Shown: positions 8,483-18,811 of the stretch, piece by piece | Layout: each line of letters begins with the position of its first letter | How positions within the stretch are numbered: the first letter of the stretch is position 1 | Assembly: GCA_963778815.1 (NCBI GenBank) | Contig: CAVZVS010000004.1 | Coordinates: 131,987-195,986, forward strand | Direction of reading: 5' to 3' | DNA from: an uncultured Chloroflexia bacterium | GTDB taxonomy: Bacteria > Chloroflexota > Limnocylindria > Limnocylindrales > CSP1-4 | Length of the DNA: 64,000 nucleotides | The notes under the pieces: generated by a model | What the model was told of the DNA's origin: nothing | The model's input: only the letters and a program-made list of their open reading frames with translations | The model's database searches: none | Made by a program: the position numbers and the translations under genes

Positions 8483-10198
8483 CTACGACGCTCCTCCGGC
8501 CAGCGCGCCGAGGCGCTCCGTCAGGCGAAGGTTCTCGCGATAGTCGATGGGCACCTCGACCACGCTCGGACCGGGGGTATCGAGCGCCCGCATCAGGGTC
8601 GGGTACAGGTCGGCCGACGACCCGACCCGGAAGCCGGCGATCCCGAAGCTCTCGGCGTAGGCGACGAAGTCGGGGTTGCCGAACTCGACCCCGAACGGTC
8701 GCCCGAACTGGTCGCGCTGCTTCCAGTCGATCAGCCCGTAGCCGTCGTCGCGCCAGATCACGACGGTGATGTCGGCGCCGATCCGCTTGGCCGTCTCGAG
8801 CTCCTGGCTGTTCATCAGGAAGCCGCCGTCGCCGCACAACGCGACGACCTTGCGCTCGGGCTGGACCAGCTTGGCGGCGATGGCCCCCGGCAGGGAGATG
8901 CCCATCGCGGCAAAGCCGTTGGAGATGATCACCGTGTTCGGCTGGTAGGCCTGGTAGAGGCGGGCGACCCAGACCTTGTGGGCGCCGACGTCGGAGACCA
9001 CGATGTCGTCCGGGCCAAGGGCCCGACGCAGGTCGGCGATCGCCTTCTGGGGCTTGACCGGGAAGCCGTCGTCCGCCTCGTAGGCCTGCAGATCGCGCAA
9101 CAGGGCCACCCGCAGGTCGGCGTTGACCAGGATCTCCTTCGACTCGTGACGGGCGGTCGCGTCGCGTCCGCCGATACCCAGCGGCAGGAGTGCCTCGAAC
9201 AGCCGGCGGAGCGTCCCGCCGATGTCACCGATGAGCTCGATCGACGGCAAGTAGTCGGCATCCACCTCGGCCGGCTGGGTATCGATGTGGACGATCGGCT
9301 TGGTCCCGGCGGGGTTCCAGCGACTGGGTGCGTACTCGACCAGGTCGTAGCCGACCGAGACGACCAGGTCGGCCCGGTCGAACCCGGTCAGGACGTGATC
9401 GCGAGCCTGCAGGCCGACAGCCATCAAGGAGAGGTGCGAACGATCGTCGAGGGCGCCCTTGCCCATGAACGTGACCGCGACCGGGATGTGGAGCCCTCGG
9501 GCGAGGGCGCGCAGTTCGTTCGAGGCGCGCTGGCGAAGGACGCCGTTGCCGGCCAGGATGAGCGGCCGGCTCGAGGCCGCGATGAGCCGGGCGGCATGGG
9601 CGATGGCCTCGTCGGTCGGCTCGGGGAAGTAGGTCCTGGTCGGCTGGAGCGGGCGGGTCGCGTCGCCCGACTCGGGGGGCATGGCGGCGAGGTTCTCGGG
9701 CAGCTCGATGTGGGTCGGGCCGGGCTTCTCCAGTTCGGCCACCCGGAACGCCTTGCGCACGATCTCGGGGATGGCGTCGATCCGCTCGACCCGGGTGTTC
9801 CACTTGGTCACCGGATCGAACATCCGGACGATGTCGACCAGCTGGTGGGCCTCCTTGTGGAGCTTGTCCGAGCCGGTCTGGCCGGTGATGGCGACCATCG
9901 GCGCCCGGTCCAGATAGGCGTCGGCGACGCCGGTGATCAGGTTGGTCGCCCCCGGGCCGAGGGTCGACATGGCCACGGCCGAGGTGCCGGTCAGCCGCCC
10001 GTGGACATCGGCCATGAACGCTGCGCCTTGCTCGTGGCGGGTGGTCACATGGCGGATCCGCTCGGACCGGCTGAGGGCATCGAGGATGTCCATCGTCTCC
10101 TCGCCGGGGACCGAGAAGACGTACTCACAACCCTCGGCCTCGAGGCACTCGACAAGCAGGTCGGCAGCGGTCCGAACACGCCGTGAAGGGGTGGACAT
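8483..10198 (-). CDS. thiamine-pyrophosphate enzyme, acetolactate synthase (AlsS-like) family
   Basis: Inner part of ORF 8483..10771. ATG at 10198 (MSTPSRRVRTAADLLVECLEAEGCEYVF...). TPP motif GDGGFLMNSQELET. Confidence 0.8.
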   Translation of the reverse strand: MSTPSRRVRTAADLLVECLEAEGCEYVFSVPGEETMDILDALSRSERIRHVTTRHEQGAAFMADVHGRLTGTSAVAMSTLGPGATNLITGVADAYLDRAPMVAITGQTGSDKLHKEAHQLVDIVRMFDPVTKWNTRVERIDAIPEIVRKAFRVAELEKPGPTHIELPENLAAMPPESGDATRPLQPTRTYFPEPTDEAIAHAARLIAASSRPLILAGNGVLRQRASNELRALARGLHIPVAVTFMGKGALDDRSHLSLMAVGLQARDHVLTGFDRADLVVSVGYDLVEYAPSRWNPAGTKPIVHIDTQPAEVDADYLPSIELIGDIGGTLRRLFEALLPLGIGGRDATARHESKEILVNADLRVALLRDLQAYEADDGFPVKPQKAIADLRRALGPDDIVVSDVGAHKVWVARLYQAYQPNTVIISNGFAAMGISLPGAIAAKLVQPERKVVALCGDGGFLMNSQELETAKRIGADITVVIWRDDGYGLIDWKQRDQFGRPFGVEFGNPDFVAYAESFGIAGFRVGSSADLYPTLMRALDTPGPSVVEVPIDYRENLRLTERLGALAGGAS

Positions 10199-10242
10199 GG
10201 CCGGCAGTGTACCCGCGCCCAGAGGCCCACGACGCCGATGTC

Positions 10243-11253
10243 CTACGGGGTGTAGGTCACCTGGACGGCGACGTAGTCGAGCGAGAACGTCTTGGTCGCG
10301 AGGGTCGACGCGTCGATGATCCGGACCCGGAAGTTGGTCGTGTTCAACTGGGCCGGGGTCCAGGTCCGGCCCCAGGTGTCGTTGGTGGCGCCGAAGGTGT
10401 AGGTGGTCTCGGCCAGGACGGTCACCGGCAGGGTCTTGATCGTCGTCCAGGTCGTCCCGCCGTCCCACGACAGCTGGGCGCACAGGTTGGTCGTCCCGGT
10501 GACGTTGTTGAGGGCGAGATCCGCCCGGACCTGGATGCCGTCGATCGAGGTGACCGTGGCCGGCAGGCCCAGGGCATAGCCCCAGAAGCGGTGGCTGTCC
10601 TTGGTCGTGTCCGGCACGGCCCCCGCTCCACACGACTGGGTGCCACCCGTTCCGCTGCTCGGGTCCGTCGCGAAGGACGAGTCGTCGGTGCAGGCTCGGG
10701 TCGGGTTGGTCTGGTAGCCGTTGTTGTCCCCGGCATTGATGACGTCGGCGGCATTGGACGCGCCCACGCACGCCTTGTAGCCGGTCTGGGCCTGGACGAC
10801 CGCATTGAGCGGGCCGGCGTCGACGCTCTCCCAGCTCTGGTAGTAGCTGCGGACCGTGTAGTAATAGGCGCCGGCTGCTGGTGAGTCGAGATAGGTCACC
10901 GTCGTCCGCGGGCTGACCGTGGCGATGAGGCTGTACGGCCCGGCCGAGGCCGTCGCCCGGTAGACGTGGTAGCCGCTGGCCCAGGTCTTGGTCGTGGCGG
11001 TCCAGGTCAGCGCCACGGTCAGTCCGCCGGTCGCACCGAGGGCGGTCGGCGGGAGGAGGGTGTCGGTGGCGACGCTGCCGGTCGAGACCGACGTGTCGGT
11101 CGAAAGAGCGAGCGACATCTGGGTCGAGCCAAGGCCGACCAGGAGGGCCATCGCCAGGAGACCGACCAGCCGGGTCGATCGCGACCGGCGGTTCAGCCGC
11201 CGCTCAACGTGGGCGCTGGACGGCATGTCGATCGCGACGACGGGTCGAGGCAA
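10243..11253 (-). CDS. exported FN3-domain protein with SipW-type signal peptide
   Basis: ORF of 336 aa. Basic N-terminus plus TM plus SLALSTDTSVSTGSVATDTL, then an FN3-like segment (LTWTATT...GYHVYRA...YYYTVRSY), then a Cys-containing beta-rich C-terminal domain. Alternative ATG at 11226. It overlaps the sipW 3' end. Confidence 0.65.
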   Translation of the reverse strand: MPRPVVAIDMPSSAHVERRLNRRSRSTRLVGLLAMALLVGLGSTQMSLALSTDTSVSTGSVATDTLLPPTALGATGGLTVALTWTATTKTWASGYHVYRATASAGPYSLIATVSPRTTVTYLDSPAAGAYYYTVRSYYQSWESVDAGPLNAVVQAQTGYKACVGASNAADVINAGDNNGYQTNPTRACTDDSSFATDPSSGTGGTQSCGAGAVPDTTKDSHRFWGYALGLPATVTSIDGIQVRADLALNNVTGTTNLCAQLSWDGGTTWTTIKTLPVTVLAETTYTFGATNDTWGRTWTPAQLNTTNFRVRIIDASTLATKTFSLDYVAVQVTYTP

Positions 11254-11833
11254 GGTGGCGGGCGACCCGACCGTCCAGCCGAGGTCCGGGCTCGGTCCGG
11301 AGGACGGCGGCCTGCCTGGGAGTCTCCTCGAACGACTCGAGGAGCAGGGCCACGAGCACCAGGACCGCTCCCAGCCCGAGCACGAACAGCACGCCGACCG
11401 GGATGGTCAGCAGAGCCAGGAGGTAGCCCAGGAGGGGCACGCTCAGGGCCACCCGACCGACCACCGCCGATGCCCGGACGGTCGCCCCGTCCGGACCCGG
11501 ATTGGCGTCGCCCTTCGTCTCGATGTAGGGATCGCCGTCGAGCGTGAGCAGGCGGGTGACCCGATGCGTATACAAGGTCGCGGTTGGGGCCGCCCGGACC
11601 GTGACGACGTCACCGGGACGGATGTCGCTCCCGGCCACCTTGTCGAGGATGACGATCGATCCGAGCGGGATCGCGGGCTCCATCGACGGCCCACCGACGA
11701 TAAGCGTCTGGTTGCCGGCGAGCGGGAGCAGGCGACTCAGGGCCAGGCAGATCAGGACACCGACCACCAGCACGACGATGGCGACATCGACCAGCCGGCG
11801 GACGAACACGATCAGGTTCGGACGGATGGCCAT
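11204..11833 (-). CDS. sipW: signal peptidase I, ER/archaeal (SipW) type
   Basis: ORF of 209 aa. N-terminal TM, GGPSMEP (Ser box), YTHRV (His box), ETKGDAN, C-terminal TM. Confidence 0.8.
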   Translation of the reverse strand: MAIRPNLIVFVRRLVDVAIVVLVVGVLICLALSRLLPLAGNQTLIVGGPSMEPAIPLGSIVILDKVAGSDIRPGDVVTVRAAPTATLYTHRVTRLLTLDGDPYIETKGDANPGPDGATVRASAVVGRVALSVPLLGYLLALLTIPVGVLFVLGLGAVLVLVALLLESFEETPRQAAVLRTEPGPRLDGRVARHLASTRRRDRHAVQRPR

Positions 11834-11938
11834 GGTGCCGATCTCCGGGTGGTCAGGTGCGGTCCCCGGTCACCGGGCGAGGCCCGCCCGGATGGTCGTC
11901 CGGACGGGCCGCGCTGCGGTGCTGTGAGGATGGCGAGA

Positions 11939-12526
11939 CTACGGGTTGTTGGTCGTCTGCTCGGCGGCGAAGGTGAAGGTCGCCGTGGTGGCGGCGCCCT
12001 GGTAGGCGTTGCTGCTGGCCAGAGCCAGGCTCCAGGCGAAGCAGAGCTGCTCGCTGACGCCCGAGGCCAGGGGCCGGTCGCCGGCCTGGTTGCCCTGGGT
12101 CGGGCTCCCGATGGCTGCGCCGTTCAACGGTCCGCTGTACAGAGCCGCCCCGGCACCGGGGCAGGTGCCGGCCTTGATCGACAACTGGAGCTGGTCGCGC
12201 AGGGCCTTGCTGTCGGCATTGGTGCTGACACTGGTCATCGCGTAGCGGAGCGCGGCGGTCCCGCTGTTGGCGACGTTCAGGGTCGCGCTACCCGAGTCGC
12301 CGGGCAGCATGCCGGCGACGGTGAACAGGGTGGCGGGCGTCGTCGCGATGTCGACCGTGCCGGTGGTGAATGAGCCGGTCGTCGTGTCGGTGTCGGTGAA
12401 GTAGGCGAGCGAGAACATCCCGGCCCCGATCGTCCCGACCGACAGGGTCAGGAGCAGGGCGACGAGGCCGCGACGGCGACGCCGTCGATGAACATCGGGG
12501 ACGACCGGCTGGGGATAGATCTCCAT
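11939..12526 (-). CDS. TasA/camelysin-like (peptidase M73-like) exported protein with SipW-dependent signal peptide
   Basis: ORF of 195 aa. RRRRRRG plus TM plus SLAYFTDTDTTTGSFTTGTVDI, matching the SipW-cognate signal and N-terminal TasA pattern. Size and Thr/Ala/Gly-rich beta composition fit. Confidence 0.7.
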   Translation of the reverse strand: MEIYPQPVVPDVHRRRRRRGLVALLLTLSVGTIGAGMFSLAYFTDTDTTTGSFTTGTVDIATTPATLFTVAGMLPGDSGSATLNVANSGTAALRYAMTSVSTNADSKALRDQLQLSIKAGTCPGAGAALYSGPLNGAAIGSPTQGNQAGDRPLASGVSEQLCFAWSLALASSNAYQGAATTATFTFAAEQTTNNP

Positions 12527-12726
12527 GACGCGCGCAACCTCACACAGCAGTCCGGTCGGCGGATGCCGAGCTCGGGGTCCTCCGTGACCGGTTCCCCTGG
12601 GACGGATGGGATCGCGTCGTCCGTGGAGCCGGTCGGGTGTATCTCACCCCACAGGTGACGTAGTCCACCAGACGACGAGTGGGCTACCCGGACCGGTACC
12701 TTCGGGTCATCGGACGCTCGGAACGC

Positions 12727-12756
12727 GTTCGGAGCGGTGCCTTTCGGCACCCGAAC
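12727..12756 (-). terminator. stem-loop just downstream of the acyl-CoA synthetase stop
   Basis: ggtgcc-tttc-ggcacc (12736-12751) is extended by gttcg/cgaac (12727-31 and 12752-56) with a 4-nt bulge. It gives a GAAA tetraloop on the transcribed strand. There is no clear U tract. Confidence 0.4.
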
Positions 12757-12759
12757 CGA

Positions 12760-15069
12760 TCAGCCGGTCGGCGCTTCCGAGTCGCCGGACGGCGGACGGA
12801 CGCCCGGGTCGACACGAGCGGCGACCGTGTCCGACAGCTGGTCCATGTGGACCACTCGATCGGCCAGCACGACCAGGCCATCGACCGCGACCGCGCCGCT
12901 GGCCGAGGCGACGACCGGGTTGAGATCGACGGCCGCGATGTCGGGGCGTTCCCAGCCGAGTCCGGCCAGGGCCACGATCAGCTCGGCCACGGCGTCACGG
13001 TCGATCGCCGGTCTGCCGCGGGCCCCGGCCAGTAACGATGCGCCGCGTAGGGAGGTGAGCATCGCCAGCGCGTCCTCGCTGCTTATCGGCGCCAGCCGGA
13101 TCGCGACGTCGTCGAGGACCTCGGCATAGATACCGCCGAAGCCGACCAGGACGGCCGGGCCGAACAGGGGGTCCCGGATCAGGCCCACGATCAGCTCGAT
13201 CCCGGGGTCGACCATCGGCTCGACGATGACGCCGCGGACGTCGAGTCCCTCGCGGCGACCGAGGTCGATGACCTCGCCGGCGGCGTGGCCCACCGCGTCG
13301 GCCCCGACCAGGTCGAGCCGCACTCCGCCGATGTCGCTCTTGTGGGCCAGACCGTCGGCCTCGAGCTTGACCACCAGTCGCCCGTCGCCGTGGCTGGCCG
13401 CGACCTCGGCCGCGGCGTCCGGATCGCTCGCCCGCCAGGTGTCGACCACGGCGATCCCGGCCGATCGAAGGATGGCCAGACTGTCGAACTCGGTCAGGGT
13501 CGTGAGCGAAGGGCCTGCGCTGGCGGCCGGCTCGATCCCGCTGTCATCGTGGCCCCAGCGGGTCCGGTCCATCGCCAACGCCGGCCAGGTCGGCCGGGCC
13601 GGCCCGTCGACCCGTCGCTCGGCCCGACGTCCTTCCCACCAGGCACGGCGGGCGATGGCCACCTCGGCCTCACGGGCGCCGCGTAGCAAGGGGATCCCAC
13701 CGGCCGCGTCGAGCATCGCCTGGACCTCGGGCGTCGGTTCACCGCTGGTCAGCGAGATGTAGACGGGCAGGATGTCGGGCCGGTCGGCGGTCGCCTCGAT
13801 GAGGGCCCGGCTGACCGTCCGGGCCACACCGACCTCGCCCGGCAGCGAGCGATAGGGGAAGTCGTGGACGATGGCCAGGACGTCGTAGGCGCCCGACTCG
13901 GCGAAGCCGCGGAAGACCGCCGGGTAGCCGACCGACTCGTCGGCTGCGCCCCACGGGTCGATCGGGTTGCCGATGTAGCCCATCGTCGGCAGGTCGCCCA
14001 GGATCGCCGCGCGGGCAGCGTCGGGGACCGGCGGCAGGTCGAGCCCGGTCTCCGCTGCGAGGTCGGCGATGAGCGAGGCCTCCCCGGTCGAGACGGTGAC
14101 GACCCCGGTCCGGCCGCGACCCACGGAGCGGCCCATCCGCTGGCAGCCCGCGTGGAGCTCGGCCGATTCGAGCAGCTCGTCGAGGTCCGCGCAGCGGATG
14201 ACGCCGGCCGCGGCGAGGGCCGCATCGGTCACCCGGTCCTCCCCCGCGATCGAGCCACTGTGGGCGACCGCGGCCTCCTGGGCCTGCTCGGATCGACCGA
14301 CCTTGACCGCCAGGATCGGCTTGCCCAGCTCGAGGGCACGGTCGGCCAGGGCCAGGAATCGTTCGGGCCGTTTGAAGCCCTCGACGAACAGGATGATCGT
14401 GTGGGTCTCGGGGTCGTCCAGCGAATAGGCCAGGTAGTCGCACACGTCGAGGACCACCTCGGCGCCGCTGCCGACGATCCGGCTGAACCCGATGCGCGTC
14501 CCGGAGTGGATGAACGCGTCCGTCACGCTGCCGCTCTGGGCGATCCCGGCCACGCCGCCACGGGGCAGCCACGGGCTGACATCGCCGATGTACAGGGCCG
14601 AACTGGTCGTCCAGTCGACCATGCCCATGCAATTCGGACCGAGCACGGCCAGCCCGTGGCGGAGGGCGATCTGGCGGACATCGCGCTGCATCCGGGCGGC
14701 CGCCTCGCCACCCTCGACGACGCCGCCGCCAGGGATCAACACGGCGCCGACCCCGAGATCAGCCGCCTCCTGGGTGACGATCGTCGCTCGAGCCGGGTTG
14801 ACCGCGATCAGGACCGCGTCGGGGACCTCGGGCAGGGCGGCCAGGTCGGCGAAGCACGGTTGGCCCCACGCCTCGGTGTACTTCGGATTGACCAGGTAGC
14901 CCCGGGTCGAGCTGCCCATCACGGTCAGGTTGTTGAGGATCGTCGGGGCCAGGTCGGACCTCGGCGAGGCACCCACGATGGCGATCGAGCGTGGCGCGAA
15001 GAGCGGCCGCAGATCGATATCCGGGCGGGTCGCCGGTGCCTCCGACGATGGTTCCGCGGCGTCGATCAT
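12760..15069 (-). CDS. acyl/acetyl-CoA synthetase, ADP(NDP)-forming (CoA-binding + ATP-grasp)
   Basis: Inner part of ORF 12760..15780. ATG 15069 overlaps the upstream stop (ATGA). N-terminus ...LFAPRSIAIVGASPRSD...VNPKY... is a CoA-binding domain; the C-terminal ATP-grasp region reads ...VVKLEADGLAHKSDIGGVRL. Confidence 0.8.
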   Translation of the reverse strand: MIDAAEPSSEAPATRPDIDLRPLFAPRSIAIVGASPRSDLAPTILNNLTVMGSSTRGYLVNPKYTEAWGQPCFADLAALPEVPDAVLIAVNPARATIVTQEAADLGVGAVLIPGGGVVEGGEAAARMQRDVRQIALRHGLAVLGPNCMGMVDWTTSSALYIGDVSPWLPRGGVAGIAQSGSVTDAFIHSGTRIGFSRIVGSGAEVVLDVCDYLAYSLDDPETHTIILFVEGFKRPERFLALADRALELGKPILAVKVGRSEQAQEAAVAHSGSIAGEDRVTDAALAAAGVIRCADLDELLESAELHAGCQRMGRSVGRGRTGVVTVSTGEASLIADLAAETGLDLPPVPDAARAAILGDLPTMGYIGNPIDPWGAADESVGYPAVFRGFAESGAYDVLAIVHDFPYRSLPGEVGVARTVSRALIEATADRPDILPVYISLTSGEPTPEVQAMLDAAGGIPLLRGAREAEVAIARRAWWEGRRAERRVDGPARPTWPALAMDRTRWGHDDSGIEPAASAGPSLTTLTEFDSLAILRSAGIAVVDTWRASDPDAAAEVAASHGDGRLVVKLEADGLAHKSDIGGVRLDLVGADAVGHAAGEVIDLGRREGLDVRGVIVEPMVDPGIELIVGLIRDPLFGPAVLVGFGGIYAEVLDDVAIRLAPISSEDALAMLTSLRGASLLAGARGRPAIDRDAVAELIVALAGLGWERPDIAAVDLNPVVASASGAVAVDGLVVLADRVVHMDQLSDTVAARVDPGVRPPSGDSEAPTG

Positions 15070-16247
15070 CCCTGGCCGACGACCCTGCCTACTCCGCGCT
15101 TCTCGAGGGCCCGGGCGATGACCAGCCGCTGGATCTCGCTGGTCCCCTCCCAGATCCGGTCGACCCGGAGCTCGCGGAAGAAGCGCTCGGCAGCGAACTC
15201 GCGCATGTAGCCTCGGCCGCCGAAGACCTGGACGACCCGGTCGGCGCAGCGGAAGGCAGCCTCGGATGCGAACAACTTGGCCAGAGACGCCTTGGCATGG
15301 ATCACCTTGGGATCCTCGCCGGTGTCGACCAGCCAGGCGCACTCGCGGGTCAGCAGGCGGGCGGCGCTGGCATCCGCGGCCGAGTCGGCCAGGGGGAAGC
15401 TGACGCCCTGGAAGTCGTAGATCCGTTGGCCGAACTGGATCCGATCGGTGGCCCACTCGACGGCCAGGCTGAGCAGCCGCTCCATCGCCCCGCTGCAACG
15501 AGCGCCGATGTGGATGCGTTCCTCGACGAACCACTCGTTGGTCAGGGCATCGGCCGCACCGACGGCCCCCAGCACGGCACTCGCCGGTACCCGGACGTCG
15601 TCCAGCACGAACTGGGGATGCCGGTCGGCGAACGTGTGCATGTAGTCGGGGTCGTGCTTGACGGTCACCCCGGGCGTGTCGTAGTCGACCAGGAAGAGGG
15701 TCGGCTGGAGGCGACCGTCGTCGACCACGTTGCAGTGGAAGATCATGAAGTCGGTGTCGTCCGGCCCCGTCACGAACCACTTCTCGCCGTTGAGGACGTA
15801 CTGGCCGGTGGCGGCGTCACGGACGGCTGTTGCGGCGAGGGTCCGCGGATCAGACCCGGCCAGGTCCTCGGTGATGGCGTAGGAGCCGGAGCGCTCGCCG
15901 CGCATCGATGGGTCCAGATAGCGCCGGCGCTGGTCGGGATCGCACTGGATGAGCGCGTTGTAGGGGCCCGGGATGTATGACCACAGCCCGCCGGTCACCT
16001 GGCCGAGTTGCTCATGGACGAGGACCTGGTCGAAGGCCGACCAACCCTGGCCACCGAGCTCGGTCGGGAACGAGCCACCCTGGAGGTTCGCGGCGATGGC
16101 TGCCTGGCGAAGTTCACGCCCGACCTCTGGGGCGAGCCGGCCGCCGGCTTGCTCGAACGCGACCTCGAGCGGCTGGAGGATGTCGGTGACGTAGGCACGG
16201 GCACGAGCCTGGAGTTCGCGCTGGGCTGCGCTGAGAGTCAGATCCAT
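15066..16247 (-). CDS. acyl-CoA dehydrogenase
   Basis: ORF of 393 aa. Typical ACAD layout, with C-terminal ...QVFGGRGYMREFAAERFFRELRVDRIWEGTSEIQRLVIAR. Confidence 0.85.
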   Translation of the reverse strand: MDLTLSAAQRELQARARAYVTDILQPLEVAFEQAGGRLAPEVGRELRQAAIAANLQGGSFPTELGGQGWSAFDQVLVHEQLGQVTGGLWSYIPGPYNALIQCDPDQRRRYLDPSMRGERSGSYAITEDLAGSDPRTLAATAVRDAATGQYVLNGEKWFVTGPDDTDFMIFHCNVVDDGRLQPTLFLVDYDTPGVTVKHDPDYMHTFADRHPQFVLDDVRVPASAVLGAVGAADALTNEWFVEERIHIGARCSGAMERLLSLAVEWATDRIQFGQRIYDFQGVSFPLADSAADASAARLLTRECAWLVDTGEDPKVIHAKASLAKLFASEAAFRCADRVVQVFGGRGYMREFAAERFFRELRVDRIWEGTSEIQRLVIARALEKRGVGRVVGQG

Positions 16248-16329
16248 GGGTCGATGGTGACCGCTCGGGCGAACGACCGACGCAACCGTCGCGGGCGACG
16301 GAACGGGCGACGGAACGCGCCCGCCGGCA

Positions 16330-17776
16330 TCAACCGGGCTGGGCCACGACCATGATCCGGATCTCGGTCATGTCCTCGATCGACCAGCGCAGGCCTTCGC
16401 GGCCGAGACCCGAGTCCTTGACCCCGCCGTAGGGCATGTGGTCGATCCGGTAGGTCGGTACGTCGTTGACGATGACCCCGCCGACCTCGAGCCCCTCGAA
16501 CGCTCGCCAGCTGTGAGCGAGATCGTTGGTGAAGACCCCGGTCTGGAGCCCGAAGGTGCTGTCGTTGACCGCGGCGATGGCAGCGTCGAAGTCGCTGAAG
16601 GGGAAGGCCACGACGAGCGGGGCGAAGGCCTCCTTGGAGCAGACCTGGGCGGTCACCGGGGTATCGGTCAGGACGGTCGGCGCGAAGAAGGTCCCGTCGG
16701 CGGTGCCGCCGGCCAGAAGCTTGCCACCGAGGGCCACGGCTTCATCCACCCAGCGCTGGGTCCGGGCCGCCGCCGCGGCGTCGACCATCGGTCCGAGGTC
16801 CGTCGTCGGGTCGGCTGGGTCGCCCAGCCTGAGGGCCTTGGCCCCGGCCACGAAGCGGCTCATGAACGGCTCCCAGACGTCTTCGTGGACGAACATCCGC
16901 TGGACGCTGATGCAGGTCTGGCCGGCATAGGTGAAGGCACCCATCAGGGTCCGCTTGACGGTCCAGTCCAGGTCCGCGCTGGCATCGACGATGACGCCGG
17001 CGTTGCCGCCCAGCTCGAGGACGACCTTCTTCTTGCCCGCTCGAGCCTTCATCGGCCAGCCGACCGCGGGCGAGCCGGTGAAGGTCAGCAACTTGAACCG
17101 CTCGTCCTCGACCATCCGGTCGCCGAGCTCGCGGGTCATCGGCAGGATGCTCACCGCGCCGGCGGGCAGCCCCGCCTCGGCCACGATCTCGCCGACGGTC
17201 AGCATCGTGAGCGGGTCCTTGCTCGGCGGCTTGAGCACGATCGAGCAGCCGGCGGCGATGGCCGGGGCGAGCTTGTGGGCGGCCAGGTTGAGCGGGAAGT
17301 TGAACGGGCTGATGGCCGCCACCGGTCCGATCGGGAAGCGCCGGGTCACCCCGAGCCGACCCTTGGAGGACGGCATCAGGTCGAGCGGGATGGCCTCGCC
17401 GGTCAGCCGCTCGGCTTCCTCGGCTCCGAGCCGGAAGGTCAGGATCGCCCGGTCGACCTCGACCAGGGCATCGCGGATCGGCTTGCCCGCCTCGGCGCAG
17501 ATGAGCGCACCGAGCTCCTCGCGCCGGCCGGCGATCCCGGCGCTGATCGCGCGCAGGACCCGGCCGCGTTCGTAGGCCGGCAGTCGACGGGTCTCCTCGA
17601 ACGCCGCTGACCGCGGCGTCGACCGCCTGCTCGTACTGGGCGTCGGTCGCGAGGTAGGTCGCTCCGACCGGGGTCGACGGATCGGCCGGGTTCGCGACGA
17701 TCAGCCGCTCGGGTGACTCGACCCACTGGCCGGCCAGCAGGATCGGATGGGGTTCGGTGCCGATCGTCGTGGTCAT
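16330..17776 (-). pseudogene. NAD(P)-dependent aldehyde dehydrogenase, one frame disruption near 17604
   Basis: The N-terminus (ORF 16742..17776: MTTTIGTEPHPILLAGQWV...YEQAVDAAVS) continues in the frame of ORF 16330..17376. Hand translation upstream of 17376 gives AFEETRRLPAYERGRVLRAISAGIAGRREELGALICAEAGKPIRDA... Catalytic region VLELGGNAG...FTYAGQTCIS. Removing one G/C at 17604-05 joins the frames. Confidence 0.8.
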
Positions 17777-17873
17777 CTCGAGGCTCCTGCTCCCCGGCGG
17801 TCAGGCGGCCGCGACGTCGGGCGGGGAGGCTGTCATCCTAACGGCTCGGCTGGCGAACACGCGAGGAGCCCAG

Positions 17874-18704
17874 ATGTCTCGATCGATCCCGACCGGCAAG
17901 CTCGGCGACGCGCTTCGGATCAAGCCGGGCTCCAGGGTCCGCCTCGCCGACTTCGACGCAGGTGAGACGTTCGGCCATCAGAAGGCCGCCGCGGTCGAGA
18001 CCGAAGCCGAGGGCGAGGCCAAGCTGCAGCGACCTCCAGGAACGTCTCTGGGCCGAGTCCAAGCAGCCGGTCCTGATCGTCCTCCAGGGGATCGATGCCG
18101 CCGGCAAGGACGGCACGATCCGCAAGGTCATGGACGCGTTCAACCCGATGGGCTGCCATGTCATCGGGTTCAAGGTGCCGACCCCGCTCGAGCTCCGCCA
18201 CGACTACCTGTGGCGGGTCCATCCGCACGCTCCGGAGAAGGGCACGATCTCGATCTTCAATCGATCCCACTACGAGGACGTGCTGGTCGTTCGGGTCCAC
18301 GACCTCGCTCCCGAGACGATCTGGCGCAAGCGCTACCGCCACATCAACGAGTGGGAGCGGCTGCTGACCGATGAAGGCACCACGATCATCAAGTTCTTCC
18401 TGTACATCGACCGGGACGAGCAGAAGGCAGCGTCTCCAGGCGCGCATCACGGACCCGACCAGGAACTGGAAGTTCGCGACCGGCGACCTCGCCGAGCGAG
18501 CGCTGTGGGATCGATACGTCGAGGCGTTCGAGGAGTGTCTCGAGCGGACCTCGACCAACTATGCGCCGTGGCACCTCATCCCCGCCAATCGCAAGTGGTT
18601 CCGCAACCTGGCCGTCGAACGGATCGTCGCCGAGACGCTTCGAGCGGCTCGATCCGCAGTACCCGGCGCCCGAGGCGGGGATCGACAAGGTCGTCATCGA
18701 GTAG
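17874..18704 (+). pseudogene. ppk2: polyphosphate kinase 2, three single-base frame disruptions (~18030, ~18433, ~18639)
   Basis: ATG 17874 follows GAGGAG. The pieces lie in ORFs 17757.., 17962.. and 18371... Walker A GIDAAGKDG, ...FNRSHYEDVLVVRVH..., ...RNWKFATGDL..., and after the third shift ERLDPQYPAPEAGIDKVVIE* (stop 18702-18704). Confidence 0.8.
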
Positions 18705-18811
18705 TCTCGATGCTCGGACGGCGGTAGGCCGAGGGTCCCACGTTCGGCGCGCGATCGACCGGACCAACGACCCATCGACGAGGCGGGACCGTCTGCGTAC
18801 GGTCCACCCAA

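Noticed and set aside
8483-10771. N-terminal extensions of long ORFs: 8483..10771, 12760..15780, 750..2681, 29667..30506, 34978..36273, 51608..52417 and 40910..42274.
   Set aside because: The upstream parts run through neighbouring genes or are compositionally nonsense. Conserved family N-termini, RBSs or 4-nt overlaps identify internal starts.
12527-12759. Possible c-di-GMP or other riboswitch in the long leader of the TasA-like operon (GAAA tetraloop hairpin).
   Set aside because: None of the conserved GEMM-type or other riboswitch core sequences I know are present. The hairpin sits right after the upstream stop and is more simply a terminator.
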